The notes under the pieces: generated by a model | What the model was told of the DNA's origin: nothing | Databases searched by the model: none | Seen by the model: only the letters and a program-made list of their open reading frames with translations | Made by a program: the position numbers and the translations under genes | NCBI GenBank assembly: GCA_035292745.1 | Contig: DATDPM010000012.1 | Location: forward strand, 1 to 49,546 | Direction: 5' to 3' | DNA from: Alphaproteobacteria bacterium | GTDB lineage: Bacteria; Pseudomonadota; Alphaproteobacteria; DATDPM01 | DNA: 49,546 bases | In this document: positions 1-9,799 of the stretch, in pieces | Layout: each line of letters begins with the position of its first letter | Position numbering within the stretch: position 1 is the stretch's first letter

Positions 1-183
1 GCGCTTCAGATCCTTCGCCTTGCCGACATAGAGGGCGACGCCCGAAGCATCCTGCATGCGATACACGCCGGAGCGCGCGGGCAGGGTGGCGAGCGCCGCG
101 AGAATCACGGTGCGGCCGCGCGCCAAAGGGCCGCTCGGCGATGCGGCTTTCGCAGCGCCGCCCGATGTTGCGCGCCTAGCCAT
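1..183 (-). CDS. uvrC: excinuclease ABC subunit C, N-terminal fragment (continues beyond window start)
   Basis: Reverse translation from the ATG at 183 gives MARRATSGG...[28 protein letters not shown]. This is the GIY-YIG signature of UvrC N-termini. It is absent from the ORF track because the window edge truncates it. Confidence 0.8.
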   Translation of the reverse strand, partial: MARRATSGGAAKAASPSGPLARGRTVILAALATLPARSGVYRMQDASGVALYVGKAKDLKR

Positions 184-679
184 GAATACGCGCGTGTGAT
201 GCCGCGCGGGACGCAGGCGATGACAGAGCGGCGCCGCGCGACGATTTATCCCGATACATCATCGGCACATTCATCCCTGACAGAAGCTGGCATGACGTCT
301 TGGGCTGACGGCCTAAGCCGTTGATCCGCCCGCGAACATAGTAAGCGATTCGTAGATATCCACGGAATCGGTGGATAATATTGTTGATAACGGTTTTTTA
401 TCAGGATCAGCGCCACGCGGAGCCTAGGGTTCCTGGACCGTGCACAGGTTTTAGGCAAATAAGCTACCGCATTGATATTACTAATAAAAAATATTGCGAA
501 TGTGAAAAACTCGTGAAAATCCGCCGCTCGATCCGGAAATGTAAACGATTTTTGGCGGATTTCCGCCGCCTTGTGTAAAACTCCAAACCGGGTTGGGATT
601 TTTACCGCCGCCGCGCGGCTGTCGCGCCTGACCCATGGTATCCGCCGCAGCCCGGCCCAGCGGGCCGGAATCCCAGCGC

Positions 680-1465
680 CTATTCCTCGGCAATCAGCCC
701 CCGTGAAGATTGGGCCCAACCCAAATGCTGGCCGCCGTCCAGGGCGATCATCTGGCCGGTCATGGACGGCGTTGCCAGGATGAAGCGCACGGCCTGGCAG
801 ATCTCGGCCAGAGTGGCGCCGCGCTTGAGCGGCATGGCGCGGCATTGACGCTCGAACTGCGCCTGGGTCTGGCGGGCGCTCCGCAGCACCGGGCCCGGGC
901 CGATCGCATTCACGCGGATGCGCGGGGCCAGGGCCAAGGCCATGGTTTGCGTGAGCGTCCACAGCCCCGCCTTGCTCACCGTATAGGAGATGAAATACGG
1001 CGTCAGATTCCATACTCTTTCGTCGGTCAGGTTGATGACGGCGCCGTGCGCGTCGGCCGGCAATTGGGCGGCGAATCCCTGGGTGAGCACGAACGGCGCG
1101 CGCAGATTGGTTTCGAGATTCATGTCCCAGGATTCCCGCGTCGTGCTCGCCGCATCGTCCACTTCGAATCGCGAGGCGTTGTTGACGAGACAGCCCAAGG
1201 GGCCGAGCTCGCGCACCGCCCGGGAAACCAGGGCGGCGGTCTCGGATTCCTTCATGAAATCGGCGGCCAGCGCCACGGCCCGCCCGCCCGCGGCCTTGAT
1301 CTCGGCCACCAGGCTGTCGGCCTCGGCGGCGGAATCGTTATGGTGAACCGCGACCGCGAAGCCGATCGAGGCGAGGTCGCGCGCGATCGCCCGGCCGATG
1401 CGCTTGGCGGCGCCGGTGACGAGCGCGGTTTGGGGAAGGGGCTCCGGCGGGGCTGCGTCGCTCAT
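680..1465 (-). CDS. short-chain dehydrogenase/reductase, pteridine reductase / FolM-like
   Basis: 261-aa ORF. The Rossmann motif TGAAKRIG has the TGxxxRxG form described for FolM/pteridine reductases rather than TGxxxGxG. NNAS and YxxxK (YTVSKAG) SDR catalytic motifs are present. Confidence 0.8.
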   Translation of the reverse strand: MSDAAPPEPLPQTALVTGAAKRIGRAIARDLASIGFAVAVHHNDSAAEADSLVAEIKAAGGRAVALAADFMKESETAALVSRAVRELGPLGCLVNNASRFEVDDAASTTRESWDMNLETNLRAPFVLTQGFAAQLPADAHGAVINLTDERVWNLTPYFISYTVSKAGLWTLTQTMALALAPRIRVNAIGPGPVLRSARQTQAQFERQCRAMPLKRGATLAEICQAVRFILATPSMTGQMIALDGGQHLGWAQSSRGLIAEE

Positions 1466-1512
1466 GGCTACAGAATGAAAGACCGGGCGGGCACTCGCAA
1501 GGGGCGACGGTC

Positions 1513-2409
1513 ATGAGCGCGGGTTCCGCTTGCGACGTCTGCGTCCTGGGCCACGTGACCCGCGACGTGATCCGCGATGGGTCGGGAGCGGCGCGGACGC
1601 AGGCGGGGGGCGCCGCCTATTACGGCGCGGCGGCGCTGGCGCGGCTCGGTCTTCGCGTCGGGCTCGTCACCAAGCTCGCGGCCGGGGACGAGGGGTTGCT
1701 GCGCGAATTGCGGCGGCTCGGGGTCGCGGTCGCGGTCAAGAACAGCGCGGCCACCACGGTTTTCGAAGCGGTCCGAAGCGAAAATCCGGAGCATCGCCAA
1801 TACCGGGCCCTGTCGGTGGCCGATCCGTTCGCGCCGTCCGATCTCGACGGGCTGCACGCGCGCGCGATTCTCATGGACCCGCTCACGACCCACGACGGAT
1901 TCGCCGCGCTGATGGAGAAGGCGGCGGCGGTTGCGCCCGTGATCGCGCTGGACATCCAAGGCTTCGTCCGCAAGTTCCTGATCCCCGGCGTGCCGGAAAA
2001 GGCGGTCGCCGCGGCGCTCGCCGGGCTCTCCCATGTCACGATCGTGAAGGCCGATGCGTCGGAGGCGGCGGCCATCGCCGGCATCGTTGAGCCCGCGGCC
2101 GCGGCGCGCGCCTTGGCCCGCTTTGGGCCGCGCGAGGTGATCGTGACCTCGGGAAGCAAAGGGTCGCTGGTTTGGGCCGAGGGCGCGCTCGCGGAAATTC
2201 CCGCCTTCGCGCCGAAACGGATGGTGGACGCGACGGGGGCCGGCGACAGCTATCTCGCCGGCTACGTCGCGGCGCGGCTCGAGGGCCATGACCCGCCGCA
2301 GGCCGCAAGATTCGGCGCGGCCGTGGCGAGCATCAAAGTCGGGCGGTCCGGCGCGTTTGCGGGCACCAGGGAAGACGTCGCGGCGGTCCTGGCCCGCAAC
2401 GGCGCCTGA
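1513..2409 (+). CDS. PfkB-family carbohydrate/nucleoside kinase
   Basis: 298-aa ORF with the C-terminal PfkB signature DATGAGDSYLAGYV. Divergent from the SDR gene across a 47-bp spacer. Confidence 0.8.
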   Translation: MSAGSACDVCVLGHVTRDVIRDGSGAARTQAGGAAYYGAAALARLGLRVGLVTKLAAGDEGLLRELRRLGVAVAVKNSAATTVFEAVRSENPEHRQYRALSVADPFAPSDLDGLHARAILMDPLTTHDGFAALMEKAAAVAPVIALDIQGFVRKFLIPGVPEKAVAAALAGLSHVTIVKADASEAAAIAGIVEPAAAARALARFGPREVIVTSGSKGSLVWAEGALAEIPAFAPKRMVDATGAGDSYLAGYVAARLEGHDPPQAARFGAAVASIKVGRSGAFAGTREDVAAVLARNGA

Positions 2410-2511
2410 GCGGCGCAAGGCTTTGCCTTTACCGCATTTTCGCGGTGGGGCGGATTCGCCCCCTCACCCAGCTTCGGGTAGGGGGACGCCTCCACGCATG
2501 ATGAAACCGCT

Positions 2512-4629
2512 CTAGCGTTTCGCCGGCTTCTTCAGGCCGCGGGTTCCGGGCTTGCCGGCGGAGGAGCGCGGCGCATCCGGGGCGAGGCCAAGCGCGCGCG
2601 CCTCCAGGCGCTTGATCTGGTCGCGCAGACGCGCCGCGTCCTCGAATTCCAGGTCGGCGGCCGCCGCCTTCATCCGGGTTTCGAGCTCGGCGATATAGGA
2701 GTCGAGATCGCGGCCGACCAGATGCCGCGCCTCGGCGTCGCCGGTATCCACCGTGTAGTGATCGGCTTCGTACACCGTCCTGAGCACGTCGTTGATGGAT
2801 TTGCGCACCGATTCGGGCGTGATCCCGTGGGCGGCGTTATAGGCGACCTGCTTCTCGCGCCGGCGGTTGGTCTCGGAGATCGCGTATTCGAGCGATCCCG
2901 TCATGTTGTCGGCATAGAGGATCACGCGCCCGTCGATGTTGCGCGCGGCCCGGCCGATGGTCTGGACCAGCGACGTCTTGGAGCGCAAAAACCCTTCCTT
3001 GTCGGCGTCCAGGATCGCGACCAGCGCGCATTCCGGAATGTCGAGCCCCTCGCGCAGCAGGTTGATCCCGACCAGCACGTCGAAGGCGCCGAGCCTCAAG
3101 TCGCGGATGATCTCGATGCGCTCCAGCGTGTCGATGTCGGAGTGGAGATAGCGGACCTTGACGCCGGCCTCGTGCAGATATTCGGTCAAATCCTCGGCCA
3201 TGCGCTTGGTGAGCGTGGTCACCAGCGCGCGCTGGCCCTTGGCGGCGCAGGCCTTGCACTCGGCGATCAGGTCGTCCACCTGGCTTTCGATGGGCCGCAC
3301 GAAGCACGGCGGGTCGATGAGCCCGGTGGGGCGCACCACCTGCTCGACGATCACGCCGCCCGTCCGCTCCAGCTCCCACGGCCCCGGCGTGGCCGAGACA
3401 TAGGTGGTCTGCGGCCGCATGCCTTCCCATTCCTCGAATTTGAGCGGCCGGTTGTCGAGGCAGGACGGCAGCCGGAATCCGTATTCGGCGAGAGTCGCCT
3501 TGCGCCGGTAGTCGCCCTTATACATGCCGGAGAGCTGCGGCACCGTGACGTGCGATTCGTCCACGAACAGAAGCGCGTCCTCGGGCAGATATTCGAACAG
3601 CGTCGGCGGCGGCTCGCCCGGCTTGCGGCCCGTCAGATAGCGCGAATAGTTTTCGATGCCGGCGCAGCTTCCGGTCGCCTCGATCATCTCGATGTCGAAG
3701 GTGGTGCGCTGTTCGAGCCGCTGCGCCTCGAGCAGCTTGCCCGCCGCGTTGTATTCCGCGAGCCGGGCCTTGAGGTCCTGTTTGATCTGCTTGACCGCCT
3801 GATCGAGGGTCGGCTTCGGCGTCACATAGTGGCTGTTGGGGAATATCTTGACCTCGGAAAGCGCGGCCCGCTTCTCGCCGGTCAAGGGATCGAATTCGAC
3901 GATCGATTCGAGATCGTCGCCGAACAGCGAGAACCGCCAGGCGCGGTCCTCCAGGTGCGCGGGGAACAACTCGACGGAATCGCCGCGCACCCGGAACGTC
4001 CCGCGGTGGAAATCGGTGTCGTTGCGGCGGTACTGCAACTCGACCAGCCGGCGCAGAAGCTCGGCGCGGCGCACGGTCTGCCCGACCGCGAGCGGGAACG
4101 TCATGCTGGAATAAACTTCCGCGTCGCCGATGCCGTAGATGCACGAAACCGAGGCGACGATGATGACGTCGCGCCGCTCCAGCAGCGCGCGGGTCGCGGA
4201 ATGGCGCATGCGGTCGATCTGCTCGTTCACGGACGATTCTTTTTCGATGTAGGTGTCGGTCCGCGGCACATAGGCCTCGGGCTGGTAGTAGTCGTAATAG
4301 GAGACGAAATACTCGACCGCGTTGTCCGGGAAGAACGACTTCATCTCGCCGTAGAGCTGGGCGGCGAGCGTCTTGTTGGGGGCCAGCACCAGGGCCGGCC
4401 GCTTCAGCGTGGCGATGGCATGGGCCACGGTGAAGGTCTTGCCCGAGCCGGTGACGCCGAGCAGCACCTGATCGCGCTCGCCCGCGCGGATGCCCTGGAC
4501 GAGCGCGGCGATCGCCTCCGGCTGGTCGCCGGCCGGCGCAAATTCGGAAACCAGGCGGAAAGGCGCGGGCTCCGGAGCCCGCACCGAAGCGGGAACCCGG
4601 TCGGCCGCGTCCACGGCGGTCGAGGTCAT
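2512..4629 (-). CDS. uvrB: excinuclease ABC subunit B
   Basis: Contains the helicase Walker A motif [13 protein letters not shown], the beta-hairpin region and the C-terminal UvrB/UvrC interaction motif. The track ORF extends to 5046, but homology starts at MTSTAVD (ATG at 4629). The upstream 139 codons are Arg/Gly/Pro-rich read-through. Confidence 0.93.
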   Translation of the reverse strand: MTSTAVDAADRVPASVRAPEPAPFRLVSEFAPAGDQPEAIAALVQGIRAGERDQVLLGVTGSGKTFTVAHAIATLKRPALVLAPNKTLAAQLYGEMKSFFPDNAVEYFVSYYDYYQPEAYVPRTDTYIEKESSVNEQIDRMRHSATRALLERRDVIIVASVSCIYGIGDAEVYSSMTFPLAVGQTVRRAELLRRLVELQYRRNDTDFHRGTFRVRGDSVELFPAHLEDRAWRFSLFGDDLESIVEFDPLTGEKRAALSEVKIFPNSHYVTPKPTLDQAVKQIKQDLKARLAEYNAAGKLLEAQRLEQRTTFDIEMIEATGSCAGIENYSRYLTGRKPGEPPPTLFEYLPEDALLFVDESHVTVPQLSGMYKGDYRRKATLAEYGFRLPSCLDNRPLKFEEWEGMRPQTTYVSATPGPWELERTGGVIVEQVVRPTGLIDPPCFVRPIESQVDDLIAECKACAAKGQRALVTTLTKRMAEDLTEYLHEAGVKVRYLHSDIDTLERIEIIRDLRLGAFDVLVGINLLREGLDIPECALVAILDADKEGFLRSKTSLVQTIGRAARNIDGRVILYADNMTGSLEYAISETNRRREKQVAYNAAHGITPESVRKSINDVLRTVYEADHYTVDTGDAEARHLVGRDLDSYIAELETRMKAAAADLEFEDAARLRDQIKRLEARALGLAPDAPRSSAGKPGTRGLKKPAKR

Positions 4630-4760
4630 GGCCTCATATATGCGCTTTGCCCGGGGACAGGAAAAGACCGGATCGCCGGCGCGAGGCGCCGCGCAGCCGG
4701 AGCGGCCACCGCCCGCGGCGCCCGGAGCAGCACCTCCGCGCGGGGCCGCTCCGTCCGGCG

Positions 4761-4934
4761 CTAACGCGCCGGTTCCTGCGCCTCGGCCATGACGATGCGT
4801 TCGGCGTCCGTCAGGGTGCGGTAGGCGGCCGCTGCGGACGGCAACAGGCTGAGGGCGATAAGATAGAGGGTGAGGAAGGCGATGGCCTTGAGAGCCGTGA
4901 CGGGACTCAGGCGAAGACGAATTCTCGGCCGCAC
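4761..4934 (-). CDS. candidate small single-pass membrane protein (57 aa), hypothetical
   Basis: Hand translation from GTG at 4934: [57 protein letters not shown], stop TAG at 4761-4763. It has a basic N-terminus, one hydrophobic helix and high third-position GC. It is below the ORF-track length cutoff, and no homology was recognised. Confidence 0.3.
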   Translation of the reverse strand: MRPRIRLRLSPVTALKAIAFLTLYLIALSLLPSAAAAYRTLTDAERIVMAEAQEPAR

Positions 4935-5237
4935 GGCCACCCCCCATTTGCAGGTTCAACTGAGTGCCGACGTTGGCGGTCCAATGCGGCGTCAATGGGA
5001 TGCGATTTGGGCGATGTCGAGAATTTTTGCGGCAAATTTGCGGCATGACGTCGCATCGGAGATTCGCACCCCACGGGCGTCGCGAGCACGTTCGGGGGGC
5101 GCGGATTCGCTCGGGTCCACGACAAATCCGCTTGCCTGGGGCCGATACGAGGGGTAAGCGTAAGGCCGATCAAATTCGCGCTCTCCGGTAGGCCGGCGCA
5201 GTTCCGGCCGAATGCGACGGGCTATAATGAAAATCCG

Positions 5238-6386
5238 ATGCTTGTTGTCGCCTCACGATTAGTTCTCGTGATCGCGTTCGGGGCGGCCGGTGCCTCGATC
5301 CTTTATCTAATTTTGGCGCTCTGGGCGGTGCGGGCCTTCGGCCGCCTGCGCAGCGCGAGCGGCGCCTTCGACCGGCCGGTCACCATCCTGAAGCCGGTTT
5401 GCGGGCTCGATCCCGGGCTTTACGGAAACCTTCGCTCCTTCTGCGACCAGGACTACCGCGAATTTCAGGTGATCTTCGGCGTTCGCGACGCGGACGACCC
5501 GGCGATCGCCGTGGTCGAGCGGGTGATCCGCGACTTCCCCGATCATGATTTGAGCCTGGTTGTCGACGAGCGCGTCATCGGCACCAATCTCAAGGTCAGC
5601 AACCTGGCCAACATGCACGGCCAGGTGAAGCACGACATTCTGATCGTCGCCGACAGCGACATGCGCGTGGATCGCGGCTATCTCAAGGCCGTGACCGCGC
5701 CGTTCCAGGACCCGCAAGTCGGGGCGGTCACCTGCCTCTACCGGGGCTCGCCGGCGGGCGGCCTGCCGTCCGTCTTGGGCAGCATGTTCATCAACGACTG
5801 GTTCCTGCCCTCGGTCCTGGCGGCGCTTTCCTTCCACCCCATGCGGTTCTGCTTCGGCGCGACCATGGCGGTGCGGCGCGCGGCGTTGGAGGAGATCGGC
5901 GGATTTTCCGCGCTCGCCTCCCACATCGCCGACGATTACATGTTGGGGCGGCTGGTCACCGACTGCGGCTACAAGGTCGCGCTCTCGCCCTATGTGGTCG
6001 AGAACGTGGTGCTGGAGCCGGACCTGAAGACGCTGGTGCGCCACGAAATGCGCTGGGCGCGCACGGTGCGCTCGGTGCAGCCGCTCGGCTACACCTTCTC
6101 GTTCCTCACCCATGCGGTGCCGCTGGCGCTCATCCTGCTTCTCGTTTCGGGATTTGCCGGGTTCGCATGGGCCGTGCTGGCGCTGGCGCTGGCGATCCGG
6201 ATCATGCTTCATTACGTGGTGCGCGCGACTTTCGGCGTGCGCGGGCTGGCGGCGCCATGGCTGGTGCCGCTCCGCGACATTCTTGGATTCATAGTGTGGG
6301 GCGGCAGCTTCTTCGGCCGTAACGTTCACTGGCGGGAGCAGAGGTTCCTGCTTGAGGCCGACGGGCAGTTGGCGGTGAAAGGATAA
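5238..6386 (+). CDS. hpnI: family-2 glycosyltransferase, hopanoid-associated HpnI-like (ceramide glucosyltransferase-like)
   Basis: 382-aa ORF with an N-terminal TM helix, a GT-A core (VTILKPVCG, ADSDM) and C-terminal TM helices. It is the first gene of an I-J-K-L arrangement with a radical SAM gene and a YdjC-like gene. Confidence 0.8.
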   Translation: MLVVASRLVLVIAFGAAGASILYLILALWAVRAFGRLRSASGAFDRPVTILKPVCGLDPGLYGNLRSFCDQDYREFQVIFGVRDADDPAIAVVERVIRDFPDHDLSLVVDERVIGTNLKVSNLANMHGQVKHDILIVADSDMRVDRGYLKAVTAPFQDPQVGAVTCLYRGSPAGGLPSVLGSMFINDWFLPSVLAALSFHPMRFCFGATMAVRRAALEEIGGFSALASHIADDYMLGRLVTDCGYKVALSPYVVENVVLEPDLKTLVRHEMRWARTVRSVQPLGYTFSFLTHAVPLALILLLVSGFAGFAWAVLALALAIRIMLHYVVRATFGVRGLAAPWLVPLRDILGFIVWGGSFFGRNVHWREQRFLLEADGQLAVKG

Positions 6387-6394
6387 TTGCGCGT

Positions 6395-7819
6395 ATGTTG
6401 AAAACCCTTTTCCTCAATGCTCCGTCCTACCACGGCTTCGATGGCGGCGCGGGATCGCGCTATCAGGCCCGCCGCGAGGTCCGCTCCTTCTGGTATCCGA
6501 CCTGGCTGGCGCAGCCGGCGGCCCTGGTTCCGGGCAGCAAGCTGGTGGACGCGCCGGCCCGCGGCTTGAGCGTGGACGACGTGCTGCCCATGGCGCGCGA
6601 CTACGAACTCATCATCATGCACACCAGCACGCCTTCCTTCGCCTCCGACGTGAAGGTCGCGGAGGCGCTCAAGGCCGAGAATCCGAAAGTGCGGATCGGC
6701 ATGGTGGGGGCGCATACGGCGGTCTCTCCCGACGCCTCGGTTCTCGCCTCGGACGCCATCGAGTTTGTGTGCCGCAACGAGTTCGACTACACCTGCCGCG
6801 AGGTGGCGGAAGGCCGCCCGCTTTCGGAAGTTCACGGCCTCACCTACAAGGTGGACGGCCGGGCCGTGCACAATCCCGAGCGCGCCATGATCGAGAACAT
6901 GGACGAGCTCCCGTATGTGGTGGATGTGTACCGGCGCGACCTCGTGATCGAGGATTATTTCATCGGCTATCTGCTGCACCCCTATGTCTCGCTTTACACC
7001 GGGCGCGGCTGCAAATCGCGCTGCACCTTCTGCCTGTGGCCGCAGACCATCGGCGGCCACCGCTACCGCACGCGCGGCGCCGAGAACGTGGCCCGCGAGA
7101 TCGCGCTGGCGAAGGGTTATTTCCCGCAGGTGAAGGAATTCTTCTTCGACGACGACACCTTCACCGACGACGGGCCCCGTGCCCAGGAAGTGGCGAAGCT
7201 CTTGGGCAAGCTCGGCGTCACCTGGTCGTGCAACGCCAAGGCCAACGTGCCCTACGAGACGCTCAAGGTGATGCGCGACAACGGCCTGCGCCTTCTGCTC
7301 GTCGGCTACGAATCGGGCAGCCAGAAGATCCTCAACAACATCAAGAAGGGCGTGCGCACCGATTTCGCCCGCCGCTTCACCGCCGACTGCCACAAGCTCG
7401 GCATCACCATCCACGGCACCTTCATCGTGGGATTGCCCGGCGAGACGCAGGAGACGATCGAGGAAACCATTTCCTTCGCCAAGGACATCAATCCGCACAC
7501 CATCCAGGTGTCGCTGGCCGCGGCCTATCCCGGCACCGCGTTGTATAAACAGGGCGTCGAGAACGGCTGGCTCCTGGAGAACGGGCAGAGGCTGATCGAC
7601 GACCACGGCATCCAGATCAGCTCGCTCAGCTATCCGCATCTTTCGCATCAGGAGATCTTCGAGGCGCTCGCCACCTTCTATAAGCGCTTCTACTTCCGCC
7701 CGAAGAAGGTGGCCGAGATCACCTTCGAGATGGTCAAGAGCCCGGAGATGATGAAGCGCCGTCTGCGCGAAGGGGTCGAGTTCTTCCGCTTCCTCGCGGA
7801 ACGGGAGAACCACGCCTGA
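6395..7819 (+). CDS. hpnJ: B12-binding radical SAM protein, hopanoid-associated HpnJ-like
   Basis: 474-aa ORF. The radical SAM cluster motif CxxxCxxC is present in GRGCKSRCTFCLWP, with an N-terminal B12-binding-like domain. Starts 9 nt after the hpnI stop. Confidence 0.85.
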   Translation: MLKTLFLNAPSYHGFDGGAGSRYQARREVRSFWYPTWLAQPAALVPGSKLVDAPARGLSVDDVLPMARDYELIIMHTSTPSFASDVKVAEALKAENPKVRIGMVGAHTAVSPDASVLASDAIEFVCRNEFDYTCREVAEGRPLSEVHGLTYKVDGRAVHNPERAMIENMDELPYVVDVYRRDLVIEDYFIGYLLHPYVSLYTGRGCKSRCTFCLWPQTIGGHRYRTRGAENVAREIALAKGYFPQVKEFFFDDDTFTDDGPRAQEVAKLLGKLGVTWSCNAKANVPYETLKVMRDNGLRLLLVGYESGSQKILNNIKKGVRTDFARRFTADCHKLGITIHGTFIVGLPGETQETIEETISFAKDINPHTIQVSLAAAYPGTALYKQGVENGWLLENGQRLIDDHGIQISSLSYPHLSHQEIFEALATFYKRFYFRPKKVAEITFEMVKSPEMMKRRLREGVEFFRFLAERENHA

Positions 7820-8685
7820 GGCGGCTGATCGTCACGGCGGACGATTTCGGCATCGCCGTCCCCGTCAACGAAGCGATCGAACAAGCCCACCGCAACGGAA
7901 TCCTGACCGCCGCCAGCCTGATGGTGGCGGGCGACGCCGCGTCGGACGCGGTCGCGCGGGCGCGGCGCATGCCGAAGCTCGGGGTCGGGCTTCATCTCGT
8001 GCTGACCCGCGGCCGGCCGTGCCTCGACCCGGCGCAGATTCCCGATCTCGTCGACTCGGGCGGCGAATTCGCCCGCGATCTGTTCCGGGCCGGCGTGAAT
8101 TTCTTTTTCCGCCCGGCGGCGCGCGCCCAGCTCGAGGCCGAGATCCGCGCCCAGTTCGAGGCGTTCCGCCGCACCGGGCTAAAGCTCGATCACGTCAACG
8201 GGCACAACCACATTCATCTGCATCCGACCGTGATCGGCCTGGTCCTCAAGCTGGGGCGCGAATTCGGGCTTTCGGCGGTGCGCGTTCCCTACGAGCCGCC
8301 GCTGGTTTCGTTCCTGGCGGCGAAAGAGGGATTCTGGCGCCGCCTGCTGCCGGCGCTGGGGTTGTTGCCTTGGGCGGCCTATCTCAAATGGCGCATCCGC
8401 CGCGCCGGGCTCGGCTGCAACGATTACGTCTTCGGTATTTTCGATTCCGGGCACATGACGGCGGCCCGGATTTCGGGGTTCGTGTCGCGGTTGCCTGCGG
8501 GCGTGTCCGAAATCTATCTCCATCCCGCGGTAGCCGGTTGGAATGGCGGGGATGAATCCGCCGCCGGATACGACGGCGCGGGGGAGCTCGCCGCCCTGCT
8601 CGATCCTCGCCTGGCGGAACTGCTGCGAAAGCGCGGCATCGCCGCGACCGCCTTCTCGGGCCTGGCGGCCGGAGCCGCACGCTGA
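7816..8685 (+). CDS. hpnK: YdjC-family carbohydrate deacetylase, hopanoid-associated HpnK-like (start codon uncertain)
   Basis: The track ORF starts at ATG 7921. The same frame is open from 7684 and encodes RRLIVTADDFGIAVPVNEAIEQAHRNGILTAASLMV upstream of that ATG, which is the conserved YdjC N-terminal block. There is no ATG/GTG/TTG in frame between 7684 and 7921. CTG codons lie at 7816 (overlapping the hpnJ TGA) and at 7825. Confidence 0.7.
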   Translation: MRRLIVTADDFGIAVPVNEAIEQAHRNGILTAASLMVAGDAASDAVARARRMPKLGVGLHLVLTRGRPCLDPAQIPDLVDSGGEFARDLFRAGVNFFFRPAARAQLEAEIRAQFEAFRRTGLKLDHVNGHNHIHLHPTVIGLVLKLGREFGLSAVRVPYEPPLVSFLAAKEGFWRRLLPALGLLPWAAYLKWRIRRAGLGCNDYVFGIFDSGHMTAARISGFVSRLPAGVSEIYLHPAVAGWNGGDESAAGYDGAGELAALLDPRLAELLRKRGIAATAFSGLAAGAAR

Positions 8686-8784
8686 GGCACGGCTGCGACG
8701 ACCCGGAGGTTGCCGCAGCGCGCCCGGCGGGGTATGCATGACCCGCTGGCTGGAGAAAAAAGCCCCGCCGGGAGGGCAAATTCC

Positions 8785-9792
8785 GTGAAGACCAAGTTGG
8801 GTCTGGGCGTCGCTACTCTCGCGGGACTGTTTCTGCTCGTCGCGCTCATCGCCTATCACGGGTTCTCGGGCGTGGCCCACGCGCTGATCGCGGCCGGCTG
8901 GTTCGGAATCTTGGCGGCGAGCCTCTATCACGTCGTGCCGCTGGTGTTCTCCTCGCTGGCATGGCGGTCGCTGCTCAATTCCTCCTGGACGAGCCCGCCC
9001 GTTCTGTTCTTATGGGTGCGCCTGGTCCGCGAGGCGGTGAGCAACCTTCTCCCCGTCGCCCAGATCGGCGGCGAGGTCGTGGGAGCCCGTATCCTCACCA
9101 TCCACGGGCTGCGCGCCGGCACCGCGGGGGCGAGCGTCGTCGTGGACCTGACAGTCGAGGTCGGCACGCAATTCCTGTTCACGCTGATCGGGCTCGGATT
9201 TCTCGTGCTCGGACCTCACGACAGCGGCACCTATTATTGGCTGATCGCGGGGCTCGCCATCGCGGTTCCGGTGTTTCTCGCCTTCTTCGCCGCCCAGCAC
9301 TGGGGCCTGTTCAAGCTGCTCGAAGATTTCCTTGAGCGCATGGCGGACAAGTGGACATGGGTCAAGGAGATGAGAGTCTCCGGCTTGCACAACGCCATCA
9401 AGGGAATGTACCGCGACCGGCGCGGGATTCTCGCAGCAAGCACCTTCCACATGTTGTCGTGGATCACGGGATCGGGCGAAATCTGGATCGCCCTCCATTT
9501 CATGGGCCATCCGGTCGATTTCCGCGAGGCGCTGATTCTGGAAAGCCTGGCCCAGGCCGTGCGCGCGGTCGGCTTCGTCATTCCCGGCGCGCTGGGCGTT
9601 CAGGAGGGCGGGTTCCTGCTCGTCGGCGGGCTGTTGGGGCTGAGCCCCGAAGTGTCGCTGGCGCTTTCGCTGGTGAAACGTATGCGCGATCTTCTGCTCG
9701 GCGTCCCCGCGCTGGCCGGGTGGCATTTCATCGAGGGGCGGCGGATGTGGCTGCGGTTCCAGCACCAGTCGCGCCGCGCCGACAAAAGTTGA
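8785..9792 (+). CDS. hpnL: multi-pass membrane protein, lysylphosphatidylglycerol-synthase TM-region-like (UPF0104), HpnL-like
   Basis: Polytopic hydrophobic ORF. The GTG at 8785 (VKTKLGLGVATLAG...) is preceded by GGGAGGG at 8771-8777. The track start at 8710 adds an Arg/Pro-rich leader overlapping the intergenic region. Confidence 0.7.
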   Translation: MKTKLGLGVATLAGLFLLVALIAYHGFSGVAHALIAAGWFGILAASLYHVVPLVFSSLAWRSLLNSSWTSPPVLFLWVRLVREAVSNLLPVAQIGGEVVGARILTIHGLRAGTAGASVVVDLTVEVGTQFLFTLIGLGFLVLGPHDSGTYYWLIAGLAIAVPVFLAFFAAQHWGLFKLLEDFLERMADKWTWVKEMRVSGLHNAIKGMYRDRRGILAASTFHMLSWITGSGEIWIALHFMGHPVDFREALILESLAQAVRAVGFVIPGALGVQEGGFLLVGGLLGLSPEVSLALSLVKRMRDLLLGVPALAGWHFIEGRRMWLRFQHQSRRADKS

Positions 9793-9799
9793 GGCGGAC

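Noticed and set aside
246-1013. 255-aa minus-strand ORF spanning the intergenic region and the SDR 3' end
   Set aside because: It overlaps the well-supported SDR gene in another frame and continues through AT-rich non-coding sequence. The product is Arg/Pro-rich with no motifs.
2722-4764. 680-aa plus-strand ORF opposite uvrB. Similar giant antisense ORFs lie at 6326-7813, 9728-11770, 12798-14885, 25398-27683, 29396-31027, 31267-33519, 33362-35002 and 42474-46028.
   Set aside because: Each lies exactly antisense to a gene with unambiguous homology (uvrB, hpnJ, aatA, EF-G-like, carB, dnaG, rpoD, hydrolase, metH). Their translations are Arg/Gly/Ala/Pro/His-rich low-complexity strings with no motifs. 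Stop-codon scarcity in high-GC DNA produces such shadow ORFs.
4630-4800. SOS (LexA) box upstream of uvrB
   Set aside because: No GTTC-N7-GTTC direct repeat (alphaproteobacterial LexA motif) or CTGT-N8-ACAG motif is present. The single GTTC at about 4768 has no partner.
4630-5046. N-terminal 139-codon extension of the uvrB track ORF
   Set aside because: The extension ([18 protein letters not shown]...[14 protein letters not shown]) has no UvrB similarity and an implausible composition. UvrB homology begins at MTSTAVD (4629).
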